Below the pieces are notes generated by a model. It saw only the letters and a program-made list of their open reading frames with translations. It searched no databases and was not told the origin of the DNA. A program made the translations under genes and the position numbers. Of a DNA stretch of 44,494 nt, positions 8,837-20,100 are shown piece by piece. The DNA comes from Candidatus Iainarchaeum sp. (GTDB taxonomy: Archaea; Iainarchaeota; Iainarchaeia; Iainarchaeales; JAAZKV01). The stretch lies in assembly GCA_028702895.1 (NCBI GenBank), contig JAQVNZ010000003.1:1-44494 (forward strand), read 5' to 3'. The number at the start of each line of letters is the position of its first letter. Position 1 is the stretch's first letter.

Positions 8837-9541
8837 ATGGATTTTTTAGAATTATCAATAATACTTTTATTCTTATTATTTTTTTCAATAATTTCTTTTA
8901 AAAAAAACTTGCTTAATTTTGAAGGGATAATGCTAGCTAATGTTGTTGGTTTAGCTGCTATTACTTATGGTCCAAGCGAAACAACAATGTTAAGATTTTT
9001 TGCAGTTGTAGTTTTTTTTATTATTGGTGAAATTGCGAGTAATTTTCCAAAAAAGAAACATGAAAAAAGAGGAATTTGGAATGTGGTTGGAAATTCTTTA
9101 CCGGCTTTGTTTGTTTTATCTTTAATAATAATTTATCCAGAGCATAGTTTAATTCTAGAACTTGGTTTTTTTGGAGCAATAGCTGCTGCATTATCTGATA
9201 CTCTTTCATCAGAAATTGGGTTTTATTCAAAAAGAAATCCTATTATGATTACTACTTTTAAAAAAGTTGCGCGAGGAACAGATGGGGGAGTAACTCCATT
9301 AGGTTTTTTTGCAGGATTTGTTGGGAGCGTAATTATTGCATTAGTATATTTTTCTTTTTATCAAAATATTTATTTTTCTTTAATAATAATTGGTTCAGGA
9401 TTAGTTGGGACTATTGTTGATTCAATTTTTGGAGCGATTTTTGAAACAAAAAATATTTTGAATAATACTCATGTTAATTTAATCGGTTGTTTTTCTGGCG
9501 CAATATTTGCATTAGTAGTTGGATTAATAATTCTAATTTAA
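8837..9541 (+). CDS. DUF92/TMEM19 family multi-pass membrane protein
   Basis: RGIWNVVGNS, AALSDTLSSEIG, ITTFKKVARGTDGGVT, GTIVDSIFGA, NTHVNL. Confidence 0.9.
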   Translation: MDFLELSIILLFLLFFSIISFKKNLLNFEGIMLANVVGLAAITYGPSETTMLRFFAVVVFFIIGEIASNFPKKKHEKRGIWNVVGNSLPALFVLSLIIIYPEHSLILELGFFGAIAAALSDTLSSEIGFYSKRNPIMITTFKKVARGTDGGVTPLGFFAGFVGSVIIALVYFSFYQNIYFSLIIIGSGLVGTIVDSIFGAIFETKNILNNTHVNLIGCFSGAIFALVVGLIILI

Positions 9542-9618
9542 ATACTTTAGTAATAGTTTAATAGTACTATTGATTATTAATAATTTAATATAATATATAT
9601 TTTATTATTGGTGATTTA

Positions 9619-10131
9619 ATGATAGACTTTGAAATATTTATTTTAATCCTTGCTTATGTTATCCCAATGTATTTTGCTAACGCTTCACCTATAATGGTAC
9701 ATGGAAAAACACCTTTAGATTTTAAAAAAAATCTTTTTGGTAAACGAGTATTGGGTGATGGGAAAACAATACTAGGTACACTTGCAGGAATATTCTTTGG
9801 TTCTATTGCGGGCTTTATTTTTGCGATTATTTATCCAGAAATTTTTTTAATTATCCCAAATTATTTTTTGTTAGCAGTTTTATTATCAACCGGTGCTATA
9901 CTGGGCGATATTTTTGAGAGTTTTTTAAAGAGGCGATTAGGGTTTGAAAGCGGTCAACAATGGTTCTTATGTGACCAATTAGACTTTATCATTGGCGGAT
10001 TACTATTTAGCTTTATTTTAATCATTCCAAGGTTTGAAATCATAATTGTTTTGTTATTTGCAACAATATTAGTGCACTCATTAACAAATATAATTGCATT
10101 TAAACTAGGGTTAAAAAAAGTGCCTTGGTGA
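9619..10131 (+). CDS. carS: CDP-archaeol (CDP-2,3-bis-O-geranylgeranyl-sn-glycerol) synthase
   Basis: PMYFANASP, PLDF...RVLGDGKT, GAILGDIFESFLKRRLG, DQLDF. Confidence 0.92.
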   Translation: MIDFEIFILILAYVIPMYFANASPIMVHGKTPLDFKKNLFGKRVLGDGKTILGTLAGIFFGSIAGFIFAIIYPEIFLIIPNYFLLAVLLSTGAILGDIFESFLKRRLGFESGQQWFLCDQLDFIIGGLLFSFILIIPRFEIIIVLLFATILVHSLTNIIAFKLGLKKVPW

Positions 10132-10679
10132 TTTTATTGAAAGAAAAACTAAAATTAATCCAAAAACATTTTAATAAAAATAATTTTTTTTTAAAATATA
10201 ATAATTTTGATAAGCGAATATTTTTTTTTCTATTAAAATTTTTTATAATATTTTTTGTAATGGATTATCTAATTCATTTAATAGATTTTTCTTTTTATAA
10301 TTCATTTTTAGCATTTATAACAGGATCATATTTAGGTTTTTTTGTAACAGGAAATATTATTTTAGTAAATGGGTCCAAATTTATTATAGATAATGCTTGC
10401 ACAGGATTTGTTAGTATTGCAATGTTAGCGGGAATAACTTTTCCATTAAAAACAGATTTTTTAATTAAATTAAAATTTTTTATTTTTAGTACTCTTTTAT
10501 TATTAATAATAAATATTTTTAGAATTATTTTTATTTTAATTTCTGGTTTGATTGGATTTAATGTTGAATTAATTCATGTTCTAACCTGGTTTATTATGAG
10601 CGGAATAGTATTATGGTTGTGGTTAAATATTGGACTTAAAAAAATGTTTAACAAAAAAGAAATCATTGATTTAATTTAA
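10128..10679 (+). CDS. Exosortase/archaeosortase family membrane protein
   Basis: IIDNAC*TG, INIFR*I and LIH*VLTW supply the Cys/Arg/His set in a multi-TM protein. GTG start overlaps the carS stop; exact start uncertain. Confidence 0.75.
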   Translation: MILLKEKLKLIQKHFNKNNFFLKYNNFDKRIFFFLLKFFIIFFVMDYLIHLIDFSFYNSFLAFITGSYLGFFVTGNIILVNGSKFIIDNACTGFVSIAMLAGITFPLKTDFLIKLKFFIFSTLLLLIINIFRIIFILISGLIGFNVELIHVLTWFIMSGIVLWLWLNIGLKKMFNKKEIIDLI

Positions 10680-10783
10680 AATCATATTTTAAAAAAAATA
10701 TTTTTATTAAATTAATTGATTAATTTTTTTATTATTTTTTGAATTTTTGTTTTTTAGAATATGTTTTACTAGTTTTTTAAATA

Positions 10784-12391
10784 TTATTTTTTTTCTATTC
10801 CATCAACAATTTTTTCAATTATTTGTGTGAATGCTGGCCTAGTAACAAAAACTCCAATCAAACTACCAACTATAGCAATTACTGCAAAACCATATAACTT
10901 GTCTAGCCCTAGTAATGATGCTCGTAGTAGAACGATTGGGCCCATTACTGCAATCATTGTGAATGAAGAGGTCATTATTATGAAGATTGCTGATTTTACC
11001 CTTGTTATTAATGACTCTTTAGTGTCTTTTCCTCTGCCTAATATTTCATCAGTTATTACTATTTCAGAATCAACTCCAGTTCCTATTGCTGCAATAATTC
11101 CAGCAAATGCTGCTAGGTCAAGTGGTCGTTGAACAAAAGCAATGAATCCTAGTAAGATTATTACTTCGCTTGCGCCTATAATAAAAATTGGTAAAATTAA
11201 TTTTGGTATTCTATATCTTATTATGATTACTATTCCAACCATAATAAACGCAATTATTCCCATTAGTACAACATTTGATAAAAATGCTTCTCCTAATGAT
11301 GGGGAAATAGTTTCTCTTGAAATACTTTTTACAGGGGTAGGCAATGATCCGGATTCTAATAAAATTGCTAATTCTTCTAAATCAGTAAATGCTTCTTGTG
11401 CAGTAGTCCTTTGCCCGCTAATTCTTAGAGTAGAAAATTGTGTGGCTTGACTAATATCTGTTACACTTTCATTTGTAATTCCTGATGTTAAACTAATTAT
11501 TTGTTTAGCGTTTAATACTTCCCAAATCCAAGGCTTTTCTGTTCGTTCTACTTTCTTAACTTCAAATCCAATTTCTTCTAATTTTAAATTTAATTCATTT
11601 GAAATATCTTGTGAGATTATTACTTTTTTATTTGTTTGGAATTTTTCTTTTAATAAATTTTCATTTATGTTTCCATCAAATATTATAAATCCTAATTGTG
11701 AATCTTCTATAACTTCTAATATTTCTGTTTGTGCTGGAATATTTAATAATCTGTTTCCTGCAAACAATAATTCTTCATCTTCATCATAATAATCTTCGCT
11801 AATAATAATTAATGCGTCTGGTTTATCTAAAAAGAAAATTGTTTTTTCACAATCATAAATTGGTTTTCCACTAGCGTCAAAACCAGTAGTTGCGCATTGA
11901 TGAAATGTTTTTTCTGTAAATCTTTTTGTTGCAGCTTCATTTAATACAAAAGGTAAACCCCATTCGAAATTATTTGTTCCAACCTTATAAATTCCAAATG
12001 AATTATCTCCTCGTAGTACTCTTCTAATTTCGTCTCCAGTGAAAACTATTTCGCCATTTAAATTTGCTTCAAATTTTCCTTGTTGTCTTATTCTAGTTTC
12101 AATAGTTTCTAATTCGCTTGGAGTAGTGTCTGACATTTCTATTATAATATATTGTCCTCCAACTGGAAAGATAGTGTAATCTTTTAATCCTGAAGGGTCA
12201 ATTCTCATTGAAATAATATTTGCTATTCTTGCAATTTCTTCGTTTGAAATACTTTCTTGTAATTCTATTTCAAAATGTGTTCCTCCACCAAAATCTAATC
12301 CAAGTGGAATTCCCATTGTTAAAATACTAGTAATTGCTAGAATTAATGCTATTATATAAATTAAATTTTTCCAATTTTTTAATATTTTCAT
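10784..12391 (-). CDS. secD: Protein translocase subunit SecD
   Basis: LGLDFGGG, GQFEA-like QGKFEANL, LESGSLPTP, ISPSLG, IGTGVDSEIVITDE. Confidence 0.93.
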   Translation of the reverse strand: MKILKNWKNLIYIIALILAITSILTMGIPLGLDFGGGTHFEIELQESISNEEIARIANIISMRIDPSGLKDYTIFPVGGQYIIIEMSDTTPSELETIETRIRQQGKFEANLNGEIVFTGDEIRRVLRGDNSFGIYKVGTNNFEWGLPFVLNEAATKRFTEKTFHQCATTGFDASGKPIYDCEKTIFFLDKPDALIIISEDYYDEDEELLFAGNRLLNIPAQTEILEVIEDSQLGFIIFDGNINENLLKEKFQTNKKVIISQDISNELNLKLEEIGFEVKKVERTEKPWIWEVLNAKQIISLTSGITNESVTDISQATQFSTLRISGQRTTAQEAFTDLEELAILLESGSLPTPVKSISRETISPSLGEAFLSNVVLMGIIAFIMVGIVIIIRYRIPKLILPIFIIGASEVIILLGFIAFVQRPLDLAAFAGIIAAIGTGVDSEIVITDEILGRGKDTKESLITRVKSAIFIIMTSSFTMIAVMGPIVLLRASLLGLDKLYGFAVIAIVGSLIGVFVTRPAFTQIIEKIVDGIEKK

Positions 12392-13425
12392 TTTTTCGCC
12401 TCAAGAAACCATAATAATATTGGAGCATTCATAAACCAAGTTGCAACAATATCTCCTAGTAAACCAAATAATAAAATTATTGCAATATTAAATATTACAT
12501 CTATTTGAAAAAAATATGAGAATAATACCATTGAACTTAATGCTGCTAATGTAGTTATTGTCATTGTTAACCCAGTTTTCATTGAGGTAGTGGCTCTCTC
12601 TCCATTAGTCCCTGTTTTATTTTTTAATAATCTTGCAGTAAGCATTATGTCAGTATCAACAGAATACCCAATTAACATTAATAATGCTGGAATTGTTATA
12701 ATTGACAAGGGTATTCCTAATAATGCCATCCCTGTTAATCCTGCGAGTATATCAAAAAATAGTGATAATAATATTGCTAGGGTTGGAATCAATTTTCTAA
12801 ACGCAATAAATATTGTAAGTGTTATTAGTATGAGTGCCCAAATTGAAACTTGTAACATGGAAAATAATGCGCTTGAACCAATCGTTGGCGAAACTTCTTT
12901 TCGTTGAAATTCAAAATCGTTTCCTAAATCAAATTCTGTTGATAATACATTTTGAAATTCTATTTCAAAATTCTTTTTATAACTTATTAAAGCATTTTGC
13001 GCTGCCAGTAATGCTAATTTTGCATTAGAGTATTCGTTCTCTTCCCCGATTAAAATAAATATTGCTTTTTTCGAAAGTTCAATTGACTTTGCATCATCAT
13101 CAACGAATAATTCAGCTTGAGTAATTAATTCATCTGCTTCTAAAACAAGGGGTAATTTACTATATCTTATTAGAGTCCCAAAATTAGTTGGAGATGAAAG
13201 ACTAGAAACACTTAATTCACTAAGTGAAAATTTTTCTGATAAAATATTATATACTGCTTGTTCGTCTAAAGGGTTACTAGATCTAATAGTAATTTCATTT
13301 CCACCTGTTAAATCAATTCCTGGGGTTATTCCTGGATAAACAAAAACTAAAAAAAGCATTATTATAAATAAAATTGCTGGGAAAATTAAAAATTTTTTAT
13401 ATCTATCCCTAAAAAAATCATCCAT
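12388..13425 (-). CDS. secF: Protein translocase subunit SecF
   Basis: GIDLTGG, VSPTIG, LMLIGYSVDTDIMLT; 4-nt overlap with secD. Confidence 0.93.
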   Translation of the reverse strand: MDDFFRDRYKKFLIFPAILFIIMLFLVFVYPGITPGIDLTGGNEITIRSSNPLDEQAVYNILSEKFSLSELSVSSLSSPTNFGTLIRYSKLPLVLEADELITQAELFVDDDAKSIELSKKAIFILIGEENEYSNAKLALLAAQNALISYKKNFEIEFQNVLSTEFDLGNDFEFQRKEVSPTIGSSALFSMLQVSIWALILITLTIFIAFRKLIPTLAILLSLFFDILAGLTGMALLGIPLSIITIPALLMLIGYSVDTDIMLTARLLKNKTGTNGERATTSMKTGLTMTITTLAALSSMVLFSYFFQIDVIFNIAIILLFGLLGDIVATWFMNAPILLWFLEAKK

Positions 13426-13669
13426 GCAATCACTCTATATTAAACCAAAATAAATATCAAATTATTTTATTCATTCTTATATCTTATAAATAAAAATCTG
13501 CTTAAACTTAAATATGTTTTGTCTAAAAATTCGCTTTAAAAGACACTTTAATTTGTCAATAAAAGAATTTAAAAGGCCTCTTAAATAAATAATACTTGGT
13601 TAGTTGTAATTAAAATAATCAATTATTGTTTTAATTAAATTAATGCTTAATTGAATTTTAGTGATTTTT

Positions 13670-14635
13670 ATGAATTTTAAAACTATTGATACTCCTGATA
13701 AATTATTAGATGCTGCTTTTGGAAGAGCTAGAAAAAGTGCTGCGCTAGTAAAGAAACAAAAAACAAATTTTTATACTATTAAAGGTAAGGAAATAACGAA
13801 AATAGATGTTTCTGCAGAATTCTTAATAGAAAAATTATCTGGTATTGTACAAGAATTTCCTAGTGTTAATAAACTACCCCCGTTTTACGAGGATTTATTT
13901 ACTTTTATTGTTGACATTAATGTTTTAAAAAAATCTTTATCCAGTATTTCATCTGTTTCAAAAGTAATTAAAAATATTAGACGAGAAAAAATTGTATTTT
14001 TAAAAGAATTACCCTTTGAAAAAGATTCTATTAAAAAAGTTAAAAAAACTTCTAACGAATATTTTGGAAGAGTTTCTTCTCTTGTTAAAAGTTTGAAAAA
14101 CGATATTGATGTTTATAATACTGCAATAAAAAAATTAAAAGAATTGCCTAGTATTAAAACTAGTGAAGAAGTTTATTTAATAGCAGGATTACCTAATGTT
14201 GGAAAATCTACTTTGTTATCAAAAATAACTGATTCAAAACCAAAAATAGCCGCTTATCCGTTTACAACAAAAGGATTGAATGTTGGAATATTTTTCAAAA
14301 AATATTCGCCCATACAAGTTATTGACACGCCCGGGTTACTTGATAGGCCGTTAGGTGAAAGAAATAGAATTGAATTAAAAGCAATTTCAGCTTTTCAACA
14401 TTTAAAAGGAACAATAATTTTTGTAGTAGACCCTAGTCAAGAATTAAAAGAACAAAAAAATCTTTTAATTGAATTAAAAAAACTTTTTTCTGATAAAGGT
14501 TTTATTATAGTAATAAATAAAACTGATTTAATAAACAAAGAAAAAATGGATTTGGTTTTAAAAGAATTTTCTGGACAATACGTGGTTATTGAAGGGAATG
14601 AATTAAATAATTTAAAAGAAGAATTATTAAAATAA
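13670..14635 (+). CDS. NOG1-family GTPase
   Basis: G1 GLPNVGKS, G2 YPFTTKG, G3 DTPGLLDRP, G4 NKTD; N-terminal helical domain. Confidence 0.92.
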   Translation: MNFKTIDTPDKLLDAAFGRARKSAALVKKQKTNFYTIKGKEITKIDVSAEFLIEKLSGIVQEFPSVNKLPPFYEDLFTFIVDINVLKKSLSSISSVSKVIKNIRREKIVFLKELPFEKDSIKKVKKTSNEYFGRVSSLVKSLKNDIDVYNTAIKKLKELPSIKTSEEVYLIAGLPNVGKSTLLSKITDSKPKIAAYPFTTKGLNVGIFFKKYSPIQVIDTPGLLDRPLGERNRIELKAISAFQHLKGTIIFVVDPSQELKEQKNLLIELKKLFSDKGFIIVINKTDLINKEKMDLVLKEFSGQYVVIEGNELNNLKEELLK

Positions 14636-14658
14636 TAAAAATAATTATTTTTAAATAT

Positions 14659-15105
14659 TTAAGTTAATAACTCGTTTAATTTTTTGAATGCTATTTTATT
14701 ATCTTCCCATTTTAATAACTTTAATGAATTTTCAAAAGAAGCCCATTTTATTTCATTATGTTCTTTACAAAGATTTTGATCAATTGTAATTTTAAAATTT
14801 GGATTGATTTCAAAAGCAAAAACATATTCTTTAATTATAGGGATTGTGGTTTTTGTTAGATAATGTTTATTTATTTTAAAATAATGGATATTTTCAATAA
14901 TTTTTAAAATATCTTTTTTTTGTATGTTCGCTTCTTCTTTTAATTCTCTAAAAGCAGCGTTGATCAATGAATTATCCGTTTTTTCAACTCCTCCTGAAAT
15001 AGGTTGCCAAAAACCACCTTTTTCTGGAAGTCTTTTTAATAATAAAAATTCGAAAACATTTTTTGTTTTTCTAAAAACAATGCATTCAATTTGAGTTGTT
15101 CGCAT
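14659..15105 (-). CDS. NUDIX hydrolase (NudB/dATP pyrophosphohydrolase-like)
   Basis: FWQPISGGVE...AAFRELKEEANI Nudix box; EHNEIKW. Confidence 0.88.
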   Translation of the reverse strand: MRTTQIECIVFRKTKNVFEFLLLKRLPEKGGFWQPISGGVEKTDNSLINAAFRELKEEANIQKKDILKIIENIHYFKINKHYLTKTTIPIIKEYVFAFEINPNFKITIDQNLCKEHNEIKWASFENSLKLLKWEDNKIAFKKLNELLT

Positions 15106-15325
15106 AATAAAAATTATAATATTCTTCTTAACTAGTTATCTAATCTAAAAAGAGTGTTGTTTTAATTAGTTTAATAAGTTTGAATTTTTTTAATCATATT
15201 TGTTTTTTAAGTTGTTTATTTTTAAAATTCTTTTCTAAAAGCATTTTCTTTAAAAACCTTTTTTTCCTAGGTTCTATTAGTTGAGCGGATTTTAATTTAA
15301 TTGTCTGCGAAAAACTGGTGATAAT

Positions 15326-15565
15326 ATGGAAGAAACTATTGAAATAATGACTGAAATTATAGAAGATAGGGCCGTTCCTAGAAACATTCGATTAAAAGTT
15401 GAAGAAGCTATTTCTAAACTAAAACAAAACAACTCTACTACGCTTAGTGAAGCAATCTACTTGTTAGATGATATTAGTAATGATGTTAATATGCCTGAAC
15501 ACACACGAACAGATATTTGGCACATAATCTCACTAGTTGAAGACATGAAAGAAAAAATGAAGTAG
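15326..15565 (+). CDS. UPF0147 family protein
   Basis: DRAVPRNIR, AIYLLDDISNDVNMPEHTRTDIW. Confidence 0.9.
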   Translation: MEETIEIMTEIIEDRAVPRNIRLKVEEAISKLKQNNSTTLSEAIYLLDDISNDVNMPEHTRTDIWHIISLVEDMKEKMK

Positions 15566-15570
15566 ACTAG

Positions 15571-17118
15571 TTGGTGCGGGTATTGGAAACGATTAATCAA
15601 GATATACGAAAATTTGCTGAATTAAAAGGATTATTTGTTTCAAAAGAAAGTGTGGAGCTACTAGCAAAAAACGAGGATTGGAAAAAAATATTAGAATCCC
15701 TTTTAGAAGAAGAACAATTTATTATTGAACCAAAAACACTTGAAAAAAAATTGTTTCGAAGTAAAATTTCTAATGCTCCCCTAACTGTGGAAATAAGAAA
15801 AACTGATTTTAAACCACAAGCAAAAGATAGAGTTCCTAATTTTAGAGTAATGAGCGAATATGATGTTACTGGACAAAGTTATTCAGAAGGAAAAGTAGAT
15901 GATTTTCTAAGATTGTTTAGGAGCAAATTCAAATTATTATCTGCCATGTTAAAAGAAAGACACAATCTAACCCCAGTTGAATTAAAAAATCTTAAAACAA
16001 TACCAAAAAACGAGAATGTAGATGTTATCGGAATGGTTAACAAAAAATGGATTACAAAAAATAAACACATGGCTTTTGAAATAGAAGATATGGAAACAAA
16101 ATGCATTGTTCTAATAATGCAAAAAGAAAAAGATTTATTTTTAAAAGGAGAAAGAATCTTAGAAGATAATGTTGTTGGAATAAAAGGCGTTAAATTAAGC
16201 GATGAATTTATTATAATAAAAGAAATATTTTGGCCAGATTTACCAATAAGAAAAAGTATTTTAATTAACGAAGACGTTTATTCTGCAGGCACATCTGATT
16301 TTCACGTTGGTAGTAAATATTTTTTAGACTCGGCCGTAGAAAAATGGTTAAAATTTATTAACGGTGAAAATCTTTCTGAAAGACAAAAAGAACAAGTTGG
16401 AAAATTGCAATACTTGTTTGTTAATGGTGATAATATTGCTGGAGTAGGAGTTTACCCTGGACAATTTGATGACTTATTAATAAAAGATTTATATGATCAA
16501 TACAATGCTTTTGAAGAAATAATGTTACAAATCCCAGAATATATACAAGTTTTTATTTGTCCTGGACAGCATGATGCGGTTAGACGAGCTGAACCACAAC
16601 CCGGCATTTCAAAAGAATTCTTGCCAAGATTACACGCGCTAAGAAATTTTCATTTTATTTCATCCCCTTCTTGGGTAGAAACCGAAGGATTAAAAAATTT
16701 GGTTTATCACGGGCCAAGTATTCACGATCTAATTAGTAGCGTTTCTTTTTTGTCTATGGATCATCCTGAAATGGGAATGGTAGAATTATTAAAAAAAAGA
16801 GATTTAATGCCAGGTTATGGTCACAAAAATCCTTATGTTCCCGAAAAAAAAGATTATATGGTTATTAAAGAAGTTCCAGATTTAGTTTGGATTGGTGACA
16901 TGCACCATAATGGTTATGTTACATATCGTGGAACAACAGTGCTTAATGGGGGTTGTTGGGAAGCTCAAACTGATTTTGAAAAAAAGATTGGCCACACTCC
17001 AACACCAGGAATTTTTCCAATGATTAATTTAAAAAATAGAAAAATAACTGAATTTTATTTTTTAAGAAATGATTCTCAAAAAGAAATTAATGCGCAACAA
17101 ATCGAAGAGGTATTATAA
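15571..17118 (+). CDS. polD1: DNA polymerase D small subunit DP1 (exonuclease motifs altered)
   Basis: OB fold, SDFHVGSK, GVGVYPGQ, YHG, TPTPG; translationally coupled to DP2. Confidence 0.93.
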   Translation: MVRVLETINQDIRKFAELKGLFVSKESVELLAKNEDWKKILESLLEEEQFIIEPKTLEKKLFRSKISNAPLTVEIRKTDFKPQAKDRVPNFRVMSEYDVTGQSYSEGKVDDFLRLFRSKFKLLSAMLKERHNLTPVELKNLKTIPKNENVDVIGMVNKKWITKNKHMAFEIEDMETKCIVLIMQKEKDLFLKGERILEDNVVGIKGVKLSDEFIIIKEIFWPDLPIRKSILINEDVYSAGTSDFHVGSKYFLDSAVEKWLKFINGENLSERQKEQVGKLQYLFVNGDNIAGVGVYPGQFDDLLIKDLYDQYNAFEEIMLQIPEYIQVFICPGQHDAVRRAEPQPGISKEFLPRLHALRNFHFISSPSWVETEGLKNLVYHGPSIHDLISSVSFLSMDHPEMGMVELLKKRDLMPGYGHKNPYVPEKKDYMVIKEVPDLVWIGDMHHNGYVTYRGTTVLNGGCWEAQTDFEKKIGHTPTPGIFPMINLKNRKITEFYFLRNDSQKEINAQQIEEVL

Positions 17119-20100
17119 TGGTTGAAATAAACTCTGTAAAAATATTGGCTCAACCACAAATAGAAGATTATTTTACAGAATTACAAAAAATGGTTACACT
17201 GCAATATGAACTTGCACAAAAAGTAAAAGCAAAAGGATTTGATGTCTCAACAAAAGTAGAAATGACTCCAGCAGTAGATCTTGCAGATAGAGCAGAAACA
17301 CTAATTGAATTACCAGGATTAGCTCGTAGATACAGAGAAGTAATGAAAGAAAAAAATGATAGAATGGGGACGTATTTTCAATTATTTAAAGAAATCATGG
17401 AACAAAAATGGTGTTCTATTCCAAATGAAAGTAAGCGATTAGAAATAGCAATTAAATCTTGTCTATTAATACAGACTGAAGGGGTAGTTGTAGCGCCATT
17501 AGATGGGTTGCCAAAAATAGAAATTAACAAAAACCCTGATGGGAGCAAATATGTTGATATTTATTTTGCTGGGCCCATACGTGCTGCGGGTGGTTCATCA
17601 ACTGTAATACCATTAATTTTAGGGGATTATGGTAGACAATTATTAGGATTAGAAAAATACAAACCTACTAAAGATGAAATTGAAAGATATGTTGAAGAAG
17701 TTGGAATATATCAAACAGAAGTAGTTTCTAGACAATATGTTATACCTGATAATGAGATTAGAATAATAGTTGAAAATTGTCCAGTGTGCGTTAATGGTAC
17801 TCCAACAGAAGAAGTTGAAGTTTCAGTTCATAGAGATTTGCCAAGAATTCCAACTAACAAAATACGTGGTGGGGTTGGATTAGTTATCTCTGAAGGTTTA
17901 GCATTAAAAGCAATGTGGGTAATGGATAAGGCAAAAAAATATGCTGGATTAGATTGGAGTTTTTTAGAAAAAATAATAAAAGTTGAAAAAAAACAATCAA
18001 CAATTGAAATAAAACCTAATAAAAAATTGTTAGACGGAATGGCTGCTGGAAGACCAACTATAGCATATCCTAGTCGTTGGGGCGGATTTAGATTAAGATA
18101 TGGCCGAGGCAGAAACACTGGGATAATGGCCAAAGCAATTAATCCCGCAACAATGTATGTTCTTGATGAATTTTTAGCAGTAGGAACACATGGTAAAATA
18201 GAACGGCCTGGAAAAGCAACACAATTTTTTCCATGTACTACTATTGACGGGCCAATCGTACTTTTAAAAAACGGTACAGTTATGCGAGTTAATGATTCAG
18301 TTAAAGCACAAGAAATTTCAAAGAATATTGAAAAAATAATTTATGTTGGGGACCTGTTAGTTACATATGGGGATTTTAGAAAAAGTGCACATCCTTTAGT
18401 GCCGCCTGGTTACGTTGAAGAATGGTGGAAATTAGAATTAGAAAAAAAGTTAAATGAAAAACCAGAATTAAAAAAAGATGTTAGTTTAAAGGAAATTGAT
18501 TTTGAAAAAATATTAAAAGATCCATTTAATGTTGGTGAACAAATTGCTGTTTTAATAAGTGAAAAAATTGGCGTGGCATTATATCCAAAATATATTCATT
18601 ATTATGGCGCGTTAAATGAAAAAGAAATAAAACTTCTACATAATCATCTTTTGTCTGCGGTATTAGAAAAGGGAGATAATATAATAAAAAAAATAATTAT
18701 TGAAAAAAATTCTGAAATAAAAAATCTTTTAGAAAAAATTGGTTTGCCACATATTGTAAATGATAATAAAATAATTATTGGGGAATTTGCTTTTTCTTTA
18801 GCTAAAACATTTTCGTTAGAAAATAAAAAAACTAGTTCTAAAGAAAATGTGTTAGAATATTTGTCTGATATATCTGGTTTAGAAATAAGAGATAAAGCAG
18901 GAACATTTATTGGCGGAAGAATGGGTAGACCAGAACAAGCTAAGCGAAGACAAATGAAAGGTAATCCTCATGTGTTATTTCCAATTGGATTAAACGGGGG
19001 AAATATAAAAAGCATTAAAAAAGCGATTAGTCTTGATGTGAATCCGGGTGGATTAATTAATATTGATTTAGCACAATATGTGAATCCAATAACAAAGAAA
19101 AAATCTTTTTTACCATTTGATAAAGAAACAAATTCTAGAAACGTATTACTAAATTTTTGTTATAAATGTAAAGAATCATTTGCTGGAGAAAAATGTCCAA
19201 AATGTGGAATGGAGTTAAGAAAATCTGGTGAACACGAAATAAATTTAAGATTAATGTTAGAAGACGCAAAAGATAATCTAAAATTACCAGTCCCTGATTT
19301 AGTAAAAGGTGTTGTTAGAATGATTTCTGATGCTAAAGAAGTTGAACCATTAGAAAAAGGTATTTTACGAGCAAGACACAAAGTAAATATTTTTAGAGAT
19401 GGTACATCCAGATTTGAATTATTAAATGCTACTATAACTCATTTCAAACCATGTGAAATTAATTTAACACTAGAAAAAGTAAAAGAACTTGGTTATAAAA
19501 AAGATTATTTAGGAAACGAATTAATTAATGTTGATCAATTAATAGAAATATTCCCACAAGATATTATAGTACATTACTCTTGCGGAGAATGGTTATTAGA
19601 AGTTAGTAGATTCATTGACGATGAATTAAAATATTTTTATAAAGACGAACCATTCTATAATGCAAAAACAAAAGAAGATTTAATTGGACAACTAGTATTA
19701 GGCCTAGCTCCACACACTTCAGCAGGAGTAACTGCAAGAATACTAGGGTACACTCAAGCAAGACTTGGTTTTGGTCACCCATATTTTGTTTGTGCAAAAA
19801 GAAGAAACGTGGATGGCGATCAAGATTCAGTAATGCTATTAATGGATGGATTACTAAATTTTTCTCAAAAATATCTTGCTAATAGAAATGGTGGAAAAAT
19901 GGATGCTGCAATAGTTTTTTCCACAATAATTTCTCCAAACGAAATAGATGACGAAGTATTTGAAATGGAAACGTGCACAGAATATTCTTTAGAATTTTAT
20001 GATTTAGCAACAAAAATAGTTGAACCATTTTTAAAAATAATTCCAATAATAAAAAATAGATTAGCTACAGTAGACCAATATACTGGAATAAATTTTACTC

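Noticed and set aside
10827-13028. Plus-strand ORFs opposite secD/secF
   Set aside because: Antisense shadows of hydrophobic membrane-protein genes.
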